Assembly: GCF_001194135.2 (NCBI RefSeq)
Contig: NC_068990.1
Location: forward strand, 9,364,577 to 9,399,887
Direction of reading: 5' to 3'
Source of the DNA: Octopus bimaculoides
Lineage: Eukaryota
Length of the DNA: 35,311 nt
A model generated the notes under the pieces. The model was not told the origin of the DNA and ran no database searches. It saw only the letters and a list, made by a program, of their open reading frames with translations. Position 1 is the stretch's first letter. Each line of letters opens with the position of its first letter. This document shows positions 1 to 11,593 of the stretch, one piece after another. A program made the translations under genes and the position numbers.

Positions 1-58
1 TGTGTGTGTGTGCTTTGTGCGTGTGTGTGTGCTTTGTGTGTGTGTGTGTGTGTGTGTG
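1..58. repeat. (TG)n microsatellite
   Basis: Near-pure TG dinucleotide run at the window start; it explains the start of the 6..278 ORF. Confidence 0.95.
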
Positions 59-566
59 TACATCAATTTTATGTCAGTGTAAAGTAATAAAAATGGAAAA
101 CAGTGAGATTTCAATTTTTACAAGGAACAAAATAAATGTTATAAGAATTATTGATTTTTCCATCTCTTTCTTCATCTTCTCTATTTCTCTGACCTCAGCC
201 ATTCTGCTATCTTCATTTCACCTCCTTTCACTAGACTTTCCTTGTCATTCTTTCCTGTTCTTTTTGAAATGCCCTTGAGAAAAGCGCAAATGTCACATGG
301 TCTTGTCCCCCACATGTAAATATGTGACCTTGCGTGTTTTATATAACAAACCAGCATTTCTTATAAAATATACAATGTCTGTATTTCTTTTCAAAGAAAT
401 AAGTATTTATTTAGTTAGTTATTTATTCAGTTATTTTGCTTGGCAACAGAATAAATTTGAGATTAGATATTGCATAAGATATTATAAATCTCTGAACATT
501 GAAACTTTGAGATAAAAGATCTTAGTTCAAACAGGGCTAGCTAGGAATATGACATCTGAAGGCAAT

Positions 567-738
567 TGATGATTGGACTATCAGAAAGGTATTTTATAAC
601 AAACAAGGAAACACATTCACATATAAAATCCCTACAAACACATACAAACATACCCAAACACACAAAAAGGATACATAAATAATACACCCCTGTGCATACA
701 TATTAAAATCACTCAGATATGCACACTCTAAAACCTTC
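567..738 (+). repeat. Dispersed repeat copy A, inverted relative to 3847-4020
   Basis: GATTGGACTATCAGAAAGGTATTTTATAACAAACAAGGAAACACATTCAC...CACACTCTAAAAC aligns end to end with the reverse complement of 3847-4020, roughly 80% identity by eye. Confidence 0.85.
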
Positions 739-1951
739 ATAAAATTATATTAACACTTCAGAAAATTGAAATTCATGTAGCAAATAATAGCTATACTCAA
801 ATATTATTGATATTTTAAATTTTCTAACCTATAAATTTTTTTAATGTTTATTTTCCTGCATCTTTGTGTGTATATTTGCTTGTGTGCATAACGATATTAA
901 CTGTTAAACTTTTTATTTCACAGTCAGTTTTTGAGGGGAATGCGCCGGAGCGGCGCTTCGGGAAAATCTCTTCTATCATAGCGTCAAGTCGCTTAAAGCC
1001 TTGAATGAAAAGAAAGAAACTGAATAGAGAAACACTTTAGACAAATACTAACAGAATGACTCACAGGAAGTATAACAATGTTTTAACACAATTTTTCACA
1101 TCCAGATCTTTGTAAAATAAATACACAAAGACCCCGCATGAACGTATATATATATGTATGTGTGTGTGTGTTCGGATATCAACACGTGCGGGCTGAACAA
1201 AACTGTGCATCTGAAAATATTTCGTAATATTTCAACATCATTTGTGTTAAGCACCTTTGCACAAAAGTTGCCAAACATTTTGGTACAGGACTGATAATCT
1301 GAAAACGGATACGCTTCGTTGTTGTTATCGTCCGATATTTATACAACATATAACGTATAAAAATACGTAGCATATATTTCGCCTGCTGCTAATGTATGTC
1401 TGCTTCTTTTTTTTAAATACTATTCGTTTATGTGAGAGGCTTTCTCGAAACTAGTACTTCAGTTTAGAAGGCTTTCAGCACTATATATGCTTTAAGAATG
1501 ATATACAGACCGCTAATATGAACTAGTACTGCTTCTGTTGCTCACAAAGAATATATTCTAAATTTTAACCAAATTACATTTCTGAAATTAATCATCTCAT
1601 TAACCTCTCTGTTACTCGACCAACTGATTCTCTCGATTGATTCGCCATACTGGGATGTTTAATACTCCTCCTCTACATTAATTACCTTAAATATTTTCTA
1701 TATGATATTCTATTTATCCATTCACGATTTTATCTAATAATGTCTAAATTTTGTAATTTTACTTCGGCTTTGAGCTCAATTCATTAGAAATAATCATTTG
1801 CACGTAGGCAACTATAGTTATCTATGATTTATCACTCTTGTCCTATTCATTATCAATTATTGCTGACTTAATGTTTAATTTACGTTCTAGCTTTCTGTGG
1901 CCTGGATCTGTCAAAGGCGTGGTTTTATTTTTTGAGCTATCTTAATTCTCA

Positions 1952-2100
1952 TAAATTATGTTGGAGTTTAGTCCGGTCTTCTTCCTTGATAATTTTCTTA
2001 AGTTTGGAGTCACTTGTGAATATTCTTACTTTGCTGAGTTTGATGACGCTTGAAATATCGTTTATATTGACTATAAAGAGAATTGTTGTTACAACACTGT
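1952..2100 (-). mobile_element. Decayed CR1/L2-like LINE reverse-transcriptase fragment
   Basis: Minus frame 2083->1952 reads ILFIVNINDISSVIKLSKVRIFTSDSKLKKIIKEEDRTKLQHNL*. This matches the CR1-type pattern LFxxYINDL...KVRIFADDTKL...EEDRxxLQxDL, with FADD decayed to FTSD. There is no ATG, so it is absent from the ORF track. Confidence 0.75.
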
Positions 2101-2955
2101 TAAATATTTTAAATTAGCAAAGTTCAACCCCGTTGTAAATTTATCCATTTCGATATTGTAGAGTACAACAGAGCCGTTTGTCAAAATTCTGGAATTCAGG
2201 AAAATATATACTACTCTAGTCGACACTGGTATTAATGTAATGATAGGTATGAGGAAATCATTAGGCTTTTATGATAATTTATTCTAGCTCAAAAATCCGG
2301 AAGTGAGATTTTTCGATGAAGTTGTGAGAAGCTACGGTGGCGCGGAAATTACAGAGGGAAATAATTATACATACATACATACATACATACATATGTGTAT
2401 GAATTTGGGTTTGTACTACTTACATTGAAAAATAGAATAGAATTTCATCAATATAGGACCATATAGCGACGATGAATACACTTTAGACGCCAGTATAGCT
2501 TGATATAAACTTTCAAACTTATTAATACATACAGTTTAATACAAAAATCACAATACGTACTAAGTAAATTTCTAAGACATAACACGGAATCTGTAGACAG
2601 ATAAACGTACATCATATTGGGGAAGCAAAACACTGAAGCTACAAGCATTTATGAAGGTTCTAACAATTCACCCACGATTATTAGGCACTTCACAGACAAT
2701 ATTAATATATCAGTTCTAATCTCTCAGCAGACTAGGAAATATTTAAGAAAGCCACTCCACGTACAACGGAGCGACAGAAATAAGTGGTTTGAATGGTAAG
2801 CTAAATTATATAGAGCAATCACCAACAAAAACCAAGAAACAGTGAAATAGGAAAATAATATAGTATAATCCTCCATGGATTATAAATGTGTCAACGAATA
2901 TAACAAGCAGCTTCCTAATTTTGATATTTTCACAATTGTCAGTGTTACACACGTA

Positions 2956-3010
2956 ACAAAAAAAACAAAACAAAACAAAAAAAAAAACAAAAACAAAACA
3001 ACAAAAAAAC
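2956..3010. repeat. A-rich (AAAAC)n low-complexity tract
   Basis: AACAAAAAAAACAAAACAAAACAAAAAAAAAAACAAAAAC... Confidence 0.85.
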
Positions 3011-3846
3011 GTAATTCTATTTAGGTCAGCTTTAGTTGTATAGGTGGTACAAATTTATGACTATAATAAAAACCTGAAAACTACTACACAGTTACCACAC
3101 TCTGAATGTAGTTGTAGAAATATAGTTAATTGTTTTCTCAAATAAAAATATCCATCCAAGGAGCTTGTATATTGAGTCAATCTAGAAGCTAAAGATGACG
3201 GGGAAAATGTATTTTGGGCTTACAAAAATCTTATTCAAACTTGATATGTACAGCACATAATTTAAATTAGATATAAAACAAAGGACAACTTAATTTAATT
3301 TTCAAAATCCCTTTGTTATCTGAAAAACAAGAAAACAAAAGTGTACGTGTACAATCGTATGAAACTTAGCTGCAAAAACAAAAGTATATATTGGCTATGG
3401 ACATAATTGCTACATCTACTAATCTAATCTTTTATGCATATTCTTGCTCCATTTCCACTCTATTCGAATTACTAACCGATTTAGCACCTAAATTCCAGGA
3501 CCGTTACTGTCATATCCGAGCATGCTGCTCAAGAAATGATATTGCGAAATAACTGAGTCAAAGCACACAATTCATCCTTACTTACCATACGTCAGCTGTA
3601 TATGGAATACGCACACTATTTTACCATGTAGATGAGTTACATGTAGATCATGAAAATGTGCCCTCATTTCTTACGAAAGCGAGAATGTAAGTGCAGTTCC
3701 TTACTCTCAGGTATTTTTCTAATGAGCTATTTATATACTTAATCTTCACATTTTAAGCCCGTAAAGTAGTACTAGATAAAGGGATTACAACGACACGTTG
3801 AAGAAAGCGACTCTTTGACGCAACTTAAGCGGTTCCTTATTCAGAG

Positions 3847-4020
3847 GAGGGTTTTAGAGCGTGTGTATCTGAATGGTTTTAGTACGTAAGCACAAGTGTG
3901 TATTATCTATGTATACATTTTTGTGTATTTGGATATGTTTGCGTATGTTTGTGGGGGTTATTATGTGTGAATGTGTTTCCTTGTTTGGTATAAAATGTCT
4001 TTCTAATAGTCCAATCGTCG
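3847..4020 (-). repeat. Dispersed repeat copy B, inverted relative to 567-738
   Basis: Its reverse complement matches 567-738 (e.g. TAGTCCAATC at 4007-4016 vs GATTGGACTA at 571-580). Confidence 0.85.
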
Positions 4021-4800
4021 TATAAATGTATTGTACTAATTTATTGAGGAGATCAGTTATATGCAGATGGTATAGCGAAGAATCCTATTTTCTTAAAATT
4101 CCATAAGGTAAGTTGCATCAAAGGTTGACGAAAACTCATACCTAAATCAACATGTTGTAACTTAAATTAAAGGTCGGGTTTGATTTATAGACTAAAACAA
4201 AATTTCAATTAAATGTAATAGAACGGTGATGAGGAGAATTTAATTATTCGAACTAATCATTTTATATGTGCGAGTCATGAAATGAAAAGCTTCTCACTGA
4301 AACATAGTTTACAACGTATATTCCAAAGGAGAGGTCTGTGTTTTTATGGTAAAGTTTTTTTTATCTAGAATAAACCATTTTATCTTGAGCGTGACTAATT
4401 TAGATTCTGAAACGAACAAAATTATTTGGACAATTTTTCTAGATGTTTAAATGCATGAATATGCTAGTAAGGTGCGTCTTGCAATATTTTTCAGTTAATC
4501 AGAGATTTATACACAATCTATAGTGCTATTACACTTTAGTATAATAAATTAATTCTGGATTGGAGTATTAGAATTCCAGGTAGAGAAAATGACAGTTTTA
4601 TGGATGTTCGAAAGGGTTTGATTTGAAATGGTTGATTGAGTTAGTCATATTTTTACAGCAAGAACAGTTAACTTTAAATTAGTATATTTTTCTAAGGATC
4701 ATACATCTATAGTTCTTTGTGGAAATGAAAACATTAAATTTAGGAGACCTTTGGCAATATTTGAAAAACTTCAAGGACGAAGAAATACGTTTATTAATAT

Positions 4801-5005
4801 TGATTTCAAATTTTGGCACAAGTCCAGCAATTTCGGGGAAGGGATTACGTCGGTTACATTGACCTTATTGCTCAACTGGTACTTTATCAACTCCTTAAGG
4901 ATGAAAAGCAAAGTCAACCTCTGTGGAATAAGAACAGAACCTAAAGACGGATGAAATGCTGCAAAGCATTTACCTCGGCGTATTAATGATTCAGTCAGCT
5001 CGCCG
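4801..5005 (-). mobile_element. tRNA-derived SINE family A, near full length
   Basis: Minus strand gives CGGCGAGCTGACTGAATCATTAATACG (head), then GACTTTGCTTTTCATCCTT...GATAAAGTACCAG (central domain), then a GGACTTGTGCCAAAATTTGAAA tail. The same layout recurs at 5044, 6707, 7912, 20005 and 26351. The central domain resembles my recollection of the MetaSINE domain (unverified). Confidence 0.8.
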
Positions 5006-5043
5006 TTTTACTTTAATACGTTTATTTATATACTTTTCTGCTT

Positions 5044-5158
5044 TAGGGACAAGGCCTGAAATTTTGTGAAAAAGGTTTAGTTGATTACATCGACCACAGT
5101 ATGTAACTGGTACTTATTCTATCAACCTCTGAACGGATGAAAGGTAAAGTCGACCTTA
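5044..5158 (-). mobile_element. SINE family A, 5'-truncated second copy
   Basis: CTGGTACTTATTCTATCAACC...GGATGAAAGGTAAAGTCGACC matches the central domain of the 4801-5005 copy; the head is absent. Confidence 0.7.
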
Positions 5159-5742
5159 ATACGTCTATTAGTATTAAGAATTAAATGCTGTAGAATATTG
5201 CTCAGGTGATTCGAATTTTACTGGGTTTTTCATTGAGGGCAATACTTATTTGTAATGAAGCTTAAAGTGAAATCTAGAAAATTTACATTAAAATTAGTAC
5301 TAACTTTAATTCTTAAACCTATTCCCTTAAATATTTTTATAGGAATTTTCCTAAATCTATCAAATTCCTGACCATTCTTGTGTGCGACTAAAAGCTTGTC
5401 ATATCCCTAAAGACATCCTCTCATTATACATTTTTTATGCGGAGGGTTTTAATAATAAATTCCATTAATTTCGCAGACTTCAGTCCTATCACATGCAGAC
5501 ATCAAACAATTTGTTTTTATGACTGTTTTTTATGACCTAGGATGAATTAAAAAAACAAAAAGAAAAACATGAATTTTCTTGCATGCATACTTATTTTGAT
5601 ATCATATTCATTGATTAGTATGATGCGAAAGCAAACAATATTAGGAAATGTTGTACGAGTTATTGGAGGTAAAATTCTGTAGGACCAAATTGGGTAAATT
5701 TACAATGAAGCTTGTCGCTAATACTGGTAGACCCTTTTGTGA

Positions 5743-6031
5743 AGGTACGTGGCTACATGGTTAGGGTATTCGTCTCACGATCTTAAGGTAGTGAGTTTGA
5801 TACCTAGTGGCACGTAGTGTGCTTGAGCAAGACACTTTATTTCACGTTGCTCCAGTCCAATCAACTGGAAAAAAAAATGAGTTGTAATTGTAATTGTAAT
5901 TGTCATTCTCCGTGTCACGCTGAATCTCCCTGAGAACTACGTTAAGGGTAGGCGTATCTCCGGAGTGCTCAGCTACTTGCACGTTAATTCCACGAGAGGC
6001 TATTCCTTTGATTAGATCAACTGGAACCCCC
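5743..6031 (+). mobile_element. tRNA-derived SINE family B
   Basis: A-box-like TGGCTACATGG (5750-5760), decayed B-box GAGTTTGATACC (5793-5804), then a CORE/V-like GCTTGAGCAAGACACTTT segment and about 190 bp of body with an internal (GTAATT)n expansion. Confidence 0.7.
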
Positions 6032-6476
6032 AACAGAAGGACTCACGTTATATATTTTGTTAAAGTGTAAGTGAATGTAAGACATGCTTGCTTATTATTT
6101 CCATTATTAGCTTGTGTTTAAGATTACTAGAAAAATTAGACTTATGATCGTTAATAATGTTTTGTCAATAATAAGTTCTCTGTGAGGTTCTAAATATTCT
6201 GTCCTGTTGATGGTTATGTCTATATAGGCTTTAGGGTTGATGGATATATCTATATAGGCCATCCCTCTCCACACACAATACTTATTACTCATTCATTTTA
6301 GCGTTATTTTCTGCGTTGTTATTAACGGAAATATTGTTGCTTTATCGGTAAATATTCCCAATACACAAGAGATTTAGATTTTCCCTCATTCTCCGAAAGA
6401 ATAATTTGGCTCCTACTAGTATCTGCAAATATCTCTCCAGTAGCCATATTGAAATGAAATTCTGATTTGAAATCAG

Positions 6477-6478
<2 letters not shown>

Positions 6479-6512
<34 letters not shown>
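6479..6512. repeat. (TA)n microsatellite
   Basis: Pure AT dinucleotide run. Confidence 0.95.
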
Positions 6513-6517
<5 letters not shown>

Positions 6518-6706
6518 CTGAAATTTGTTCCCTAAATGTATGTAAAAATTAAATTTACCTCGTTGTTAATGTAAAATAAATAAATTAAATAAACAGCTCT
6601 ATCTTGCACGAAAAAGTTAGTAAACATGCCAAATCGGGAACTGCTTCAGGGCATGTCATGCTGAGATAAGACGAATTTTAACTTATGCACGAGATTATAA
6701 ACAAGA

Positions 6707-6875
6707 GACGATTACATCAATCCCAACATTTGACTGGTACTATTTTATCAGCTATCAACTATGGAATTATGAAAAGCAGAATCTATCTCGGCGAGATTGA
6801 ATTTAAAACGTAAATCGACAAAAGCAAATATCGCAATGCCTTTTTTAAAAAATCTATCTCCATTCCGCCGATTCC
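6707..6875 (-). mobile_element. SINE family A, highly decayed copy
   Basis: GATTACATCAATCCC...ACTGGTACTATTTTATC...ATGAAAAGCAGAATC...CTCGGCGAGATTGAA follows the same order as the 4801-5005 copy, with many substitutions. Confidence 0.45.
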
Positions 6876-7191
6876 TTCAGACATTTGGACAAAACTGAAT
6901 ATTTGTCTGAAATCGGATATCACACGTCCTTTGTGGCCCGCAAAAGAAAGGAAGTGGTTTTGTTGTCTCGGTGCTCCTTTGTCACTCAGGTCCGTTGAAG
7001 GAGATTCAGTCGTGAATGAAACAATTAGAAAATGGAAGAACGAAGGAAGTAAAATGAAAAAGGAACAATAATAACATCGACAACATTAATTAGTTTCACT
7101 TAATTATTCTTTCTCATTTAACTTCTTTCGTTTTTCCATTTCCCTTTATTCCTCTCTGGTTCTTTTGTTTATACTTTTCTTTTGTTTGCTC

Positions 7192-7598
7192 CGGTGGTTC
7201 CCAACCTGGATCCATAATGACCCTTGGGGTCCACAAAAGATTCTGTTGCCAAAATTTCTGTACAATATATTGGTTTTATTTCTACAATACAAACTGTTTA
7301 AACATTTTTAAATACACTTCCTAATAATACTTAATTATTAAAATATAACCACGAGCGTAGCTGGAGTGGGGCGTAAGGGCGGTCCGTCCTGGGCGGCACT
7401 TTTGGGTATGCTGTAAGCAATATGTGTATTTTGTGGGGGTCTGGGGGCGGCAAACGGAAGGGCCATCCCGAGCAACACACACTCTAGCTACGCTAGTGAA
7501 TATAACACGATTTCGTAACATCGAATAGCTCTGAGGATCTACCTAGGTAAAACAGGGATCAAAAGGGGTCTGTAGATAAAAAAAAGCTGAGGACCTGG
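7192..7598 (+). mobile_element. Old hAT (Charlie-like) non-autonomous element/MITE, interrupted by a nested MITE
   Basis: The left end CGGTGGTTCCCAACCTGG resembles the CAGTGGTTCCCAACC hAT terminus. The right end GGGGTCTGTAGATAAAAAAAAGCTGAGGACCTGG is a decayed complementary terminus. No TSD is visible. Confidence 0.5.
7350..7498. mobile_element. 149-bp MITE with 19-bp TIRs and an exact 8-bp TSD (hAT-type)
   Basis: TIR CACGAGCGTAGCTGGAGTG (7350-7368) vs CACTCTAGCTACGCTAGTG (7480-7498), 17/19 complementary. Identical AATATAAC at 7342-7349 and 7499-7506. GC-rich interior in AT-rich flanks. Confidence 0.88.
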
Positions 7599-7911
7599 TT
7601 TACACCAACCCTCTTTATTTTAGTGTCCCTTCACGTACCTTCAGTATTATCGTTTACATAAAATCTAGCAACATGCAAGAGTACGTGGTCGTTCAATTTG
7701 CAAGAAATAGTGACCATATCTCCTTCGAACCATAAATTACCATCTTTATAAAAGTTTTTAATATAGCTTCACATAAATTGCGTCTAGCAAAAATAAGGCG
7801 GGAAAGTAATTTGATCAGAGAACTGCTGGAACCTTGCCATGAAAAACAATAACCAAATACACTTTGCCAATTCTATTGTTTTTGTACTTTTTATTATTAA
7901 TCGCCAGCATT

Positions 7912-8093
7912 AAGACAGAGGGGAGGCAGAATTGTTAGCACGCCGGACAAAACGCTTAGCGGCATTTTGTCCAGTATTATGTCCTTTCATCCCTTTCGGG
8001 GTCGATGGAAGAAGTACTAGTTGAATACTACGGTCACTGTAATTGACTTACCCTTCCTACGAAATTGCTGACCTTGGGCTAAAATTTGGAAAT
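7912..8093 (+). mobile_element. SINE family A copy with an internal deletion spanning the B-box
   Basis: GGCAGAATTGTTAGCACGCCGGACAAAACGCTTAGCGGCATTT joins directly to CCTTTCATCCCTTTCGGGGTCGAT. The GAGTTCAAATTCC B-box segment seen in the 20005-20117 copy is missing. Confidence 0.72.
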
Positions 8094-8165
8094 GTGATTA
8101 ATCGCCACCATAATCGTCATCACCGGCGTCGTAGTCGTTTCTTTGATGACAAATATGGAGAGTGT

Positions 8166-8290
8166 GATAATGATGATGATGATGATGATGATGATGATGG
8201 TTGAGATGACGATGAGGAGGACAACGACGATAATTACGGTATTAATAGGGATGATGAAGGGGGTGCGATGATGATGATGACACCGGCAGC
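8166..8290. repeat. (GAT)n-rich trinucleotide low-complexity tract
   Basis: Runs of TGATGA with GAC/GAG interruptions. Confidence 0.9.
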
Positions 8291-8410
8291 CATGTGCAGT
8301 TGTTATTGCTGAGGATGGTCTTTTCGTTTTTAATCATGTCTCATCTCGTCAGTTTACTCCTTTATCTATTATCCCTATTCACATGACAATATCACAACTT
8401 GCGTCAATTC

Positions 8411-8511
8411 CACGACAACGACGACGACGGTGACCACCACCACCACCAGTACCACCGCCACCGCTGCCGCCACCACTAGCATGACCACTACCATCATAAC
8501 CATTCCCAACG

Positions 8512-8544
<33 letters not shown>

Positions 8545-8569
8545 AACTACTACTACTACCACCACCACC

Positions 8570-8610
<41 letters not shown>

Positions 8611-8626
8611 CACTACCACCATCACC

Positions 8627-8676
<50 letters not shown>

Positions 8677-8736
8677 AACCTCCACCACCACCACCACTAC
8701 TACTATTACTACCATCACCACCACTACCACCACCAT

Positions 8737-8796
<60 letters not shown>

Positions 8797-8800
8797 AACA
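8411..8800. repeat. Compound (ACG)/(ACC)/(TAC)n trinucleotide array
   Basis: Alternating CAC and TAC blocks; generates the spurious poly-L/P (8430..8999) and poly-V (8494..8931) ORFs. Confidence 0.95.
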
Positions 8801-9169
8801 TTTAGCTCTTCTCTCTTCTTATTTTTCCTATCTTCCTTGTCTTTCTTTCCTTTCTCTTTCTTCTTCTTCTTCACCCCCTCCTCTTTTCTGTCTTCTACAT
8901 CCCTATGTAGATTTTCTTCTTCCTCTAACACCCCCCATCACCTTTCTGAACCACTTCCACACCGTTCTCCCATCTACTTCTTCACCCAACTGTTCCTAAG
9001 ATATAATTGCCAATATTGAAATCTCTCTTCACGAAACAGAGCACGTGATTCTACTCCAGAACATTCGGGAATCTCTTAATGCTTCGGTTCGATGCGGAGT
9101 ATCTATTGATTAGTGCTTAACATTTTCCATGTTGTTGTTGTTGTTGTGATAAATGTTGATACATCTTCA

Positions 9170-9303
9170 CAAACACACACATACACACACGCACACTTAC
9201 ATACACACATACATACACACACACGCACACACATTTACATTCATACATTTCAACACGTGTATGTATATTCATATACATTTATGTATGCAAATATATATGT
9301 GTA

Positions 9304-9359
<56 letters not shown>

Positions 9360-9400
9360 TAGGTGTACAGATACAGGTTTATATATGTATATGAGTGTGT
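9170..9400. repeat. Compound (CA)n/(TA)n microsatellite
   Basis: Dinucleotide runs; source of the YI/HT-repeat ORFs. Confidence 0.9.
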
Positions 9401-10399
9401 GTATATATGTATTTTTACTTGCTGTTAATATCTGTTTCGCGTGTGGTTTATTTAATGGCAGAGGTGGTGATGGTAGGGAGGCAGTCCCGCCTTCTAAAGA
9501 CCGAAAGTATTAATACCAATAGTTATATCCTTAGGGAGGAACAGGTATGCTTGTTTTAGGTAGACGGATTGACATTTATGGAGCATTTGTGGCACAGAGG
9601 GAGTGCGATGCGAGTGTTGATAGATGTTCGTGTATATGTGTGTGCGTATATATGGAATACATACATACATATATACACACATATGCAAATATATGTATGC
9701 GAGTGTAATTATACGTGAGGCATATATCTGTGAATCTCTCTATATTTACATAATCATGCATACATACATACATACATACATACATACATAGAAATACGCG
9801 TATGTATATACATACATACATCCATACGTATATGCATATATGCGTACCTACTTACATACATTTTTATATAATTTCTTGTTTGTTTCGAAGAACAGCCTTG
9901 GAAATAAACAGAAAAAAATCAGACGCTGAAGTCTTTTATATTTCATTTGTGTGACTAGTTTACAGAGTTAATTCTGTTTCGATTCTAATCTGTTCACAAG
10001 GCTCCTTTCCCAAATCTAATATATATATTTTTGTCTATTGTTGAGGAAATACTGGAAGTAGTGAATGTATAGTTGGATAATAAAACGAATGATATCTTAC
10101 AGGTAAAGCACGGTGGTTATGTATATGGTAAATGAAAGACAGAAATTGGAATATACGAGATTTTATTATTTATCTAGCATCGATCCCTTACGGGTGGGAC
10201 ACTCAACAACTGGTTCAGGAGCATCTGGTGGCGCAGATGTGTCTGATCGGGTGATGAGCTCGTTAAAATAACGGCTCCGCAATGCATCTTCTCATTTCGT
10301 AGAAAAGCAGCAAGACGGAGGAAATATCTTCATTTTCATAGAAGATAAAATAAAAACATTACAGATGCAAAAAAGAAGTGAACACGCAATATAGAGTTC

Positions 10400-10447
10400 A
10401 TGTATGCATGTATGTATGTATGTATGTATGTATGTATGTATGCATCC

Positions 10448-10501
<54 letters not shown>

Positions 10502-10502
10502 T
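10400..10502. repeat. (TATG)n followed by (TATC)n tetranucleotide repeats
   Basis: Directly visible tandem runs. Confidence 0.95.
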
Positions 10503-10607
10503 TATAATTATGTCATTTGTTTATGAATAATAGTGCAGTTGATTATAGGATTCCAAAAGGAATTTCAATACTTTTCTCGTTGTATTGCATGTTTATTTCT
10601 TCACACA

Positions 10608-11033
10608 NNNNNNNNNNNNNNNNNNNNNNNNNNNNNNNNNNNNNNNNNNNNNNNNNNNNNNNNNNNNNNNNNNNNNNNNNNNNNNNNNNNNNNNNNNNNN
10701 NNNNNNNNNNNNNNNNNNNNNNNNNNNNNNNNNNNNNNNNNNNNNNNNNNNNNNNNNNNNNNNNNNNNNNNNNNNNNNNNNNNNNNNNNNNNNNNNNNNN
10801 NNNNNNNNNNNNNNNNNNNNNNNNNNNNNNNNNNNNNNNNNNNNNNNNNNNNNNNNNNNNNNNNNNNNNNNNNNNNNNNNNNNNNNNNNNNNNNNNNNNN
10901 NNNNNNNNNNNNNNNNNNNNNNNNNNNNNNNNNNNNNNNNNNNNNNNNNNNNNNNNNNNNNNNNNNNNNNNNNNNNNNNNNNNNNNNNNNNNNNNNNNNN
11001 NNNNNNNNNNNNNNNNNNNNNNNNNNNNNNNNN
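10608..11033. other. Assembly gap (N run)
   Basis: N run followed by (TA)n. Other gaps lie at 11762-11937, 13066-13438, 13902-13912, 14489-14498, 14690-14699, 18589-18982, 24670-24733 and 33198-33333. All X-containing ORFs are artefacts. Confidence 0.99.
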
Positions 11034-11593
11034 ATATATATATATATATATATATATATGCGTATATGCATACATATATGCACATCTACACGTATATAAA
11101 AATACATATGTGGGCAAAGGACGTCATGAAACGTGTACAACAAAAAGGTACGAAGCACGAGTACATAGAACATGAACTATTCTTTCGAACAACGAAAGAC
11201 ATAAATGGAAAACAAAACAAATAACATAAAGAACAACCCTTTATCAGTTGTTGGCTGTTTTTCTAGTCCCGTATTTCCAGCATTTAACAACAATATACGC
11301 TTTCGATAAATTAGTTGCTCCCGTAAAGAAAATTAAATAAAATTTGGGATTTTGCGAAGGGTCCAAATAGGTAACACGAACAGGACAGTGAAAACAAACA
11401 GGAAGTGCTGCTAAGCCTGAACGAGGTTGTGGTGGCGAACGCATAAATCAAGCTAGGACAGGAGACAAACAAGAACACGTCTTCGGAGAGAAAGAAAGAA
11501 ATTTGGTCGATGTTCACGTGGGAGCCACGCACACACACAGACACACACACACAGCACGCGAACACACTCACACACACACACACACACATATAT

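Noticed and set aside
6-278. 90-aa plus-strand ORF
   Set aside because: It starts in (TG)n and continues through CT-rich low complexity; no domain signal.
2291-2350. ETS-type CCGGAAGT (2297-2304) with nearby GGCGCGGAAA as a possible promoter
   Set aside because: Isolated short motifs with no CpG island or linked exon; expected by chance.
4049-4107. Plus-strand pseudo-exon GDQLYADGIAKNPIFLKFHK with AAG|GTAAGT donor and a YADG motif
   Set aside because: No flanking RT motifs and no partner exon; such splice-like segments are frequent in this AT-rich DNA.
6206-6259. 30-bp period tandem duplication GTTGATGG.TAT.TCTATATAGGC
   Set aside because: Only two copies; ordinary slippage duplication, not a CRISPR-like or functional array.
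6990-7048. Plus-strand candidate exon SVEGDSVVNETIRKWKNEG after a good acceptor
   Set aside because: Weak donor (A|GTAAAA), 19 codons, no homology; cannot be supported.
7797-7805. E2F consensus GGCGGGAAA
   Set aside because: A single 9-mer without promoter context.
8430-8999. 189-aa and 145-aa opposite-strand ORFs
   Set aside because: Translations of (CAC)/(TAC) repeats, which lack stops in these frames.
10210-10240. CTCF-like CCACCAGATG on the minus strand (a similar partial match at about 29732-29746)
   Set aside because: Only half of the motif matches; not distinguishable from chance without ChIP data.
10517-11224. Long X-containing ORFs (also at 11688, 12956, 18220, 24423 and 32993)
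   Set aside because: They are open only because N-gaps and dinucleotide repeats contain no stops.
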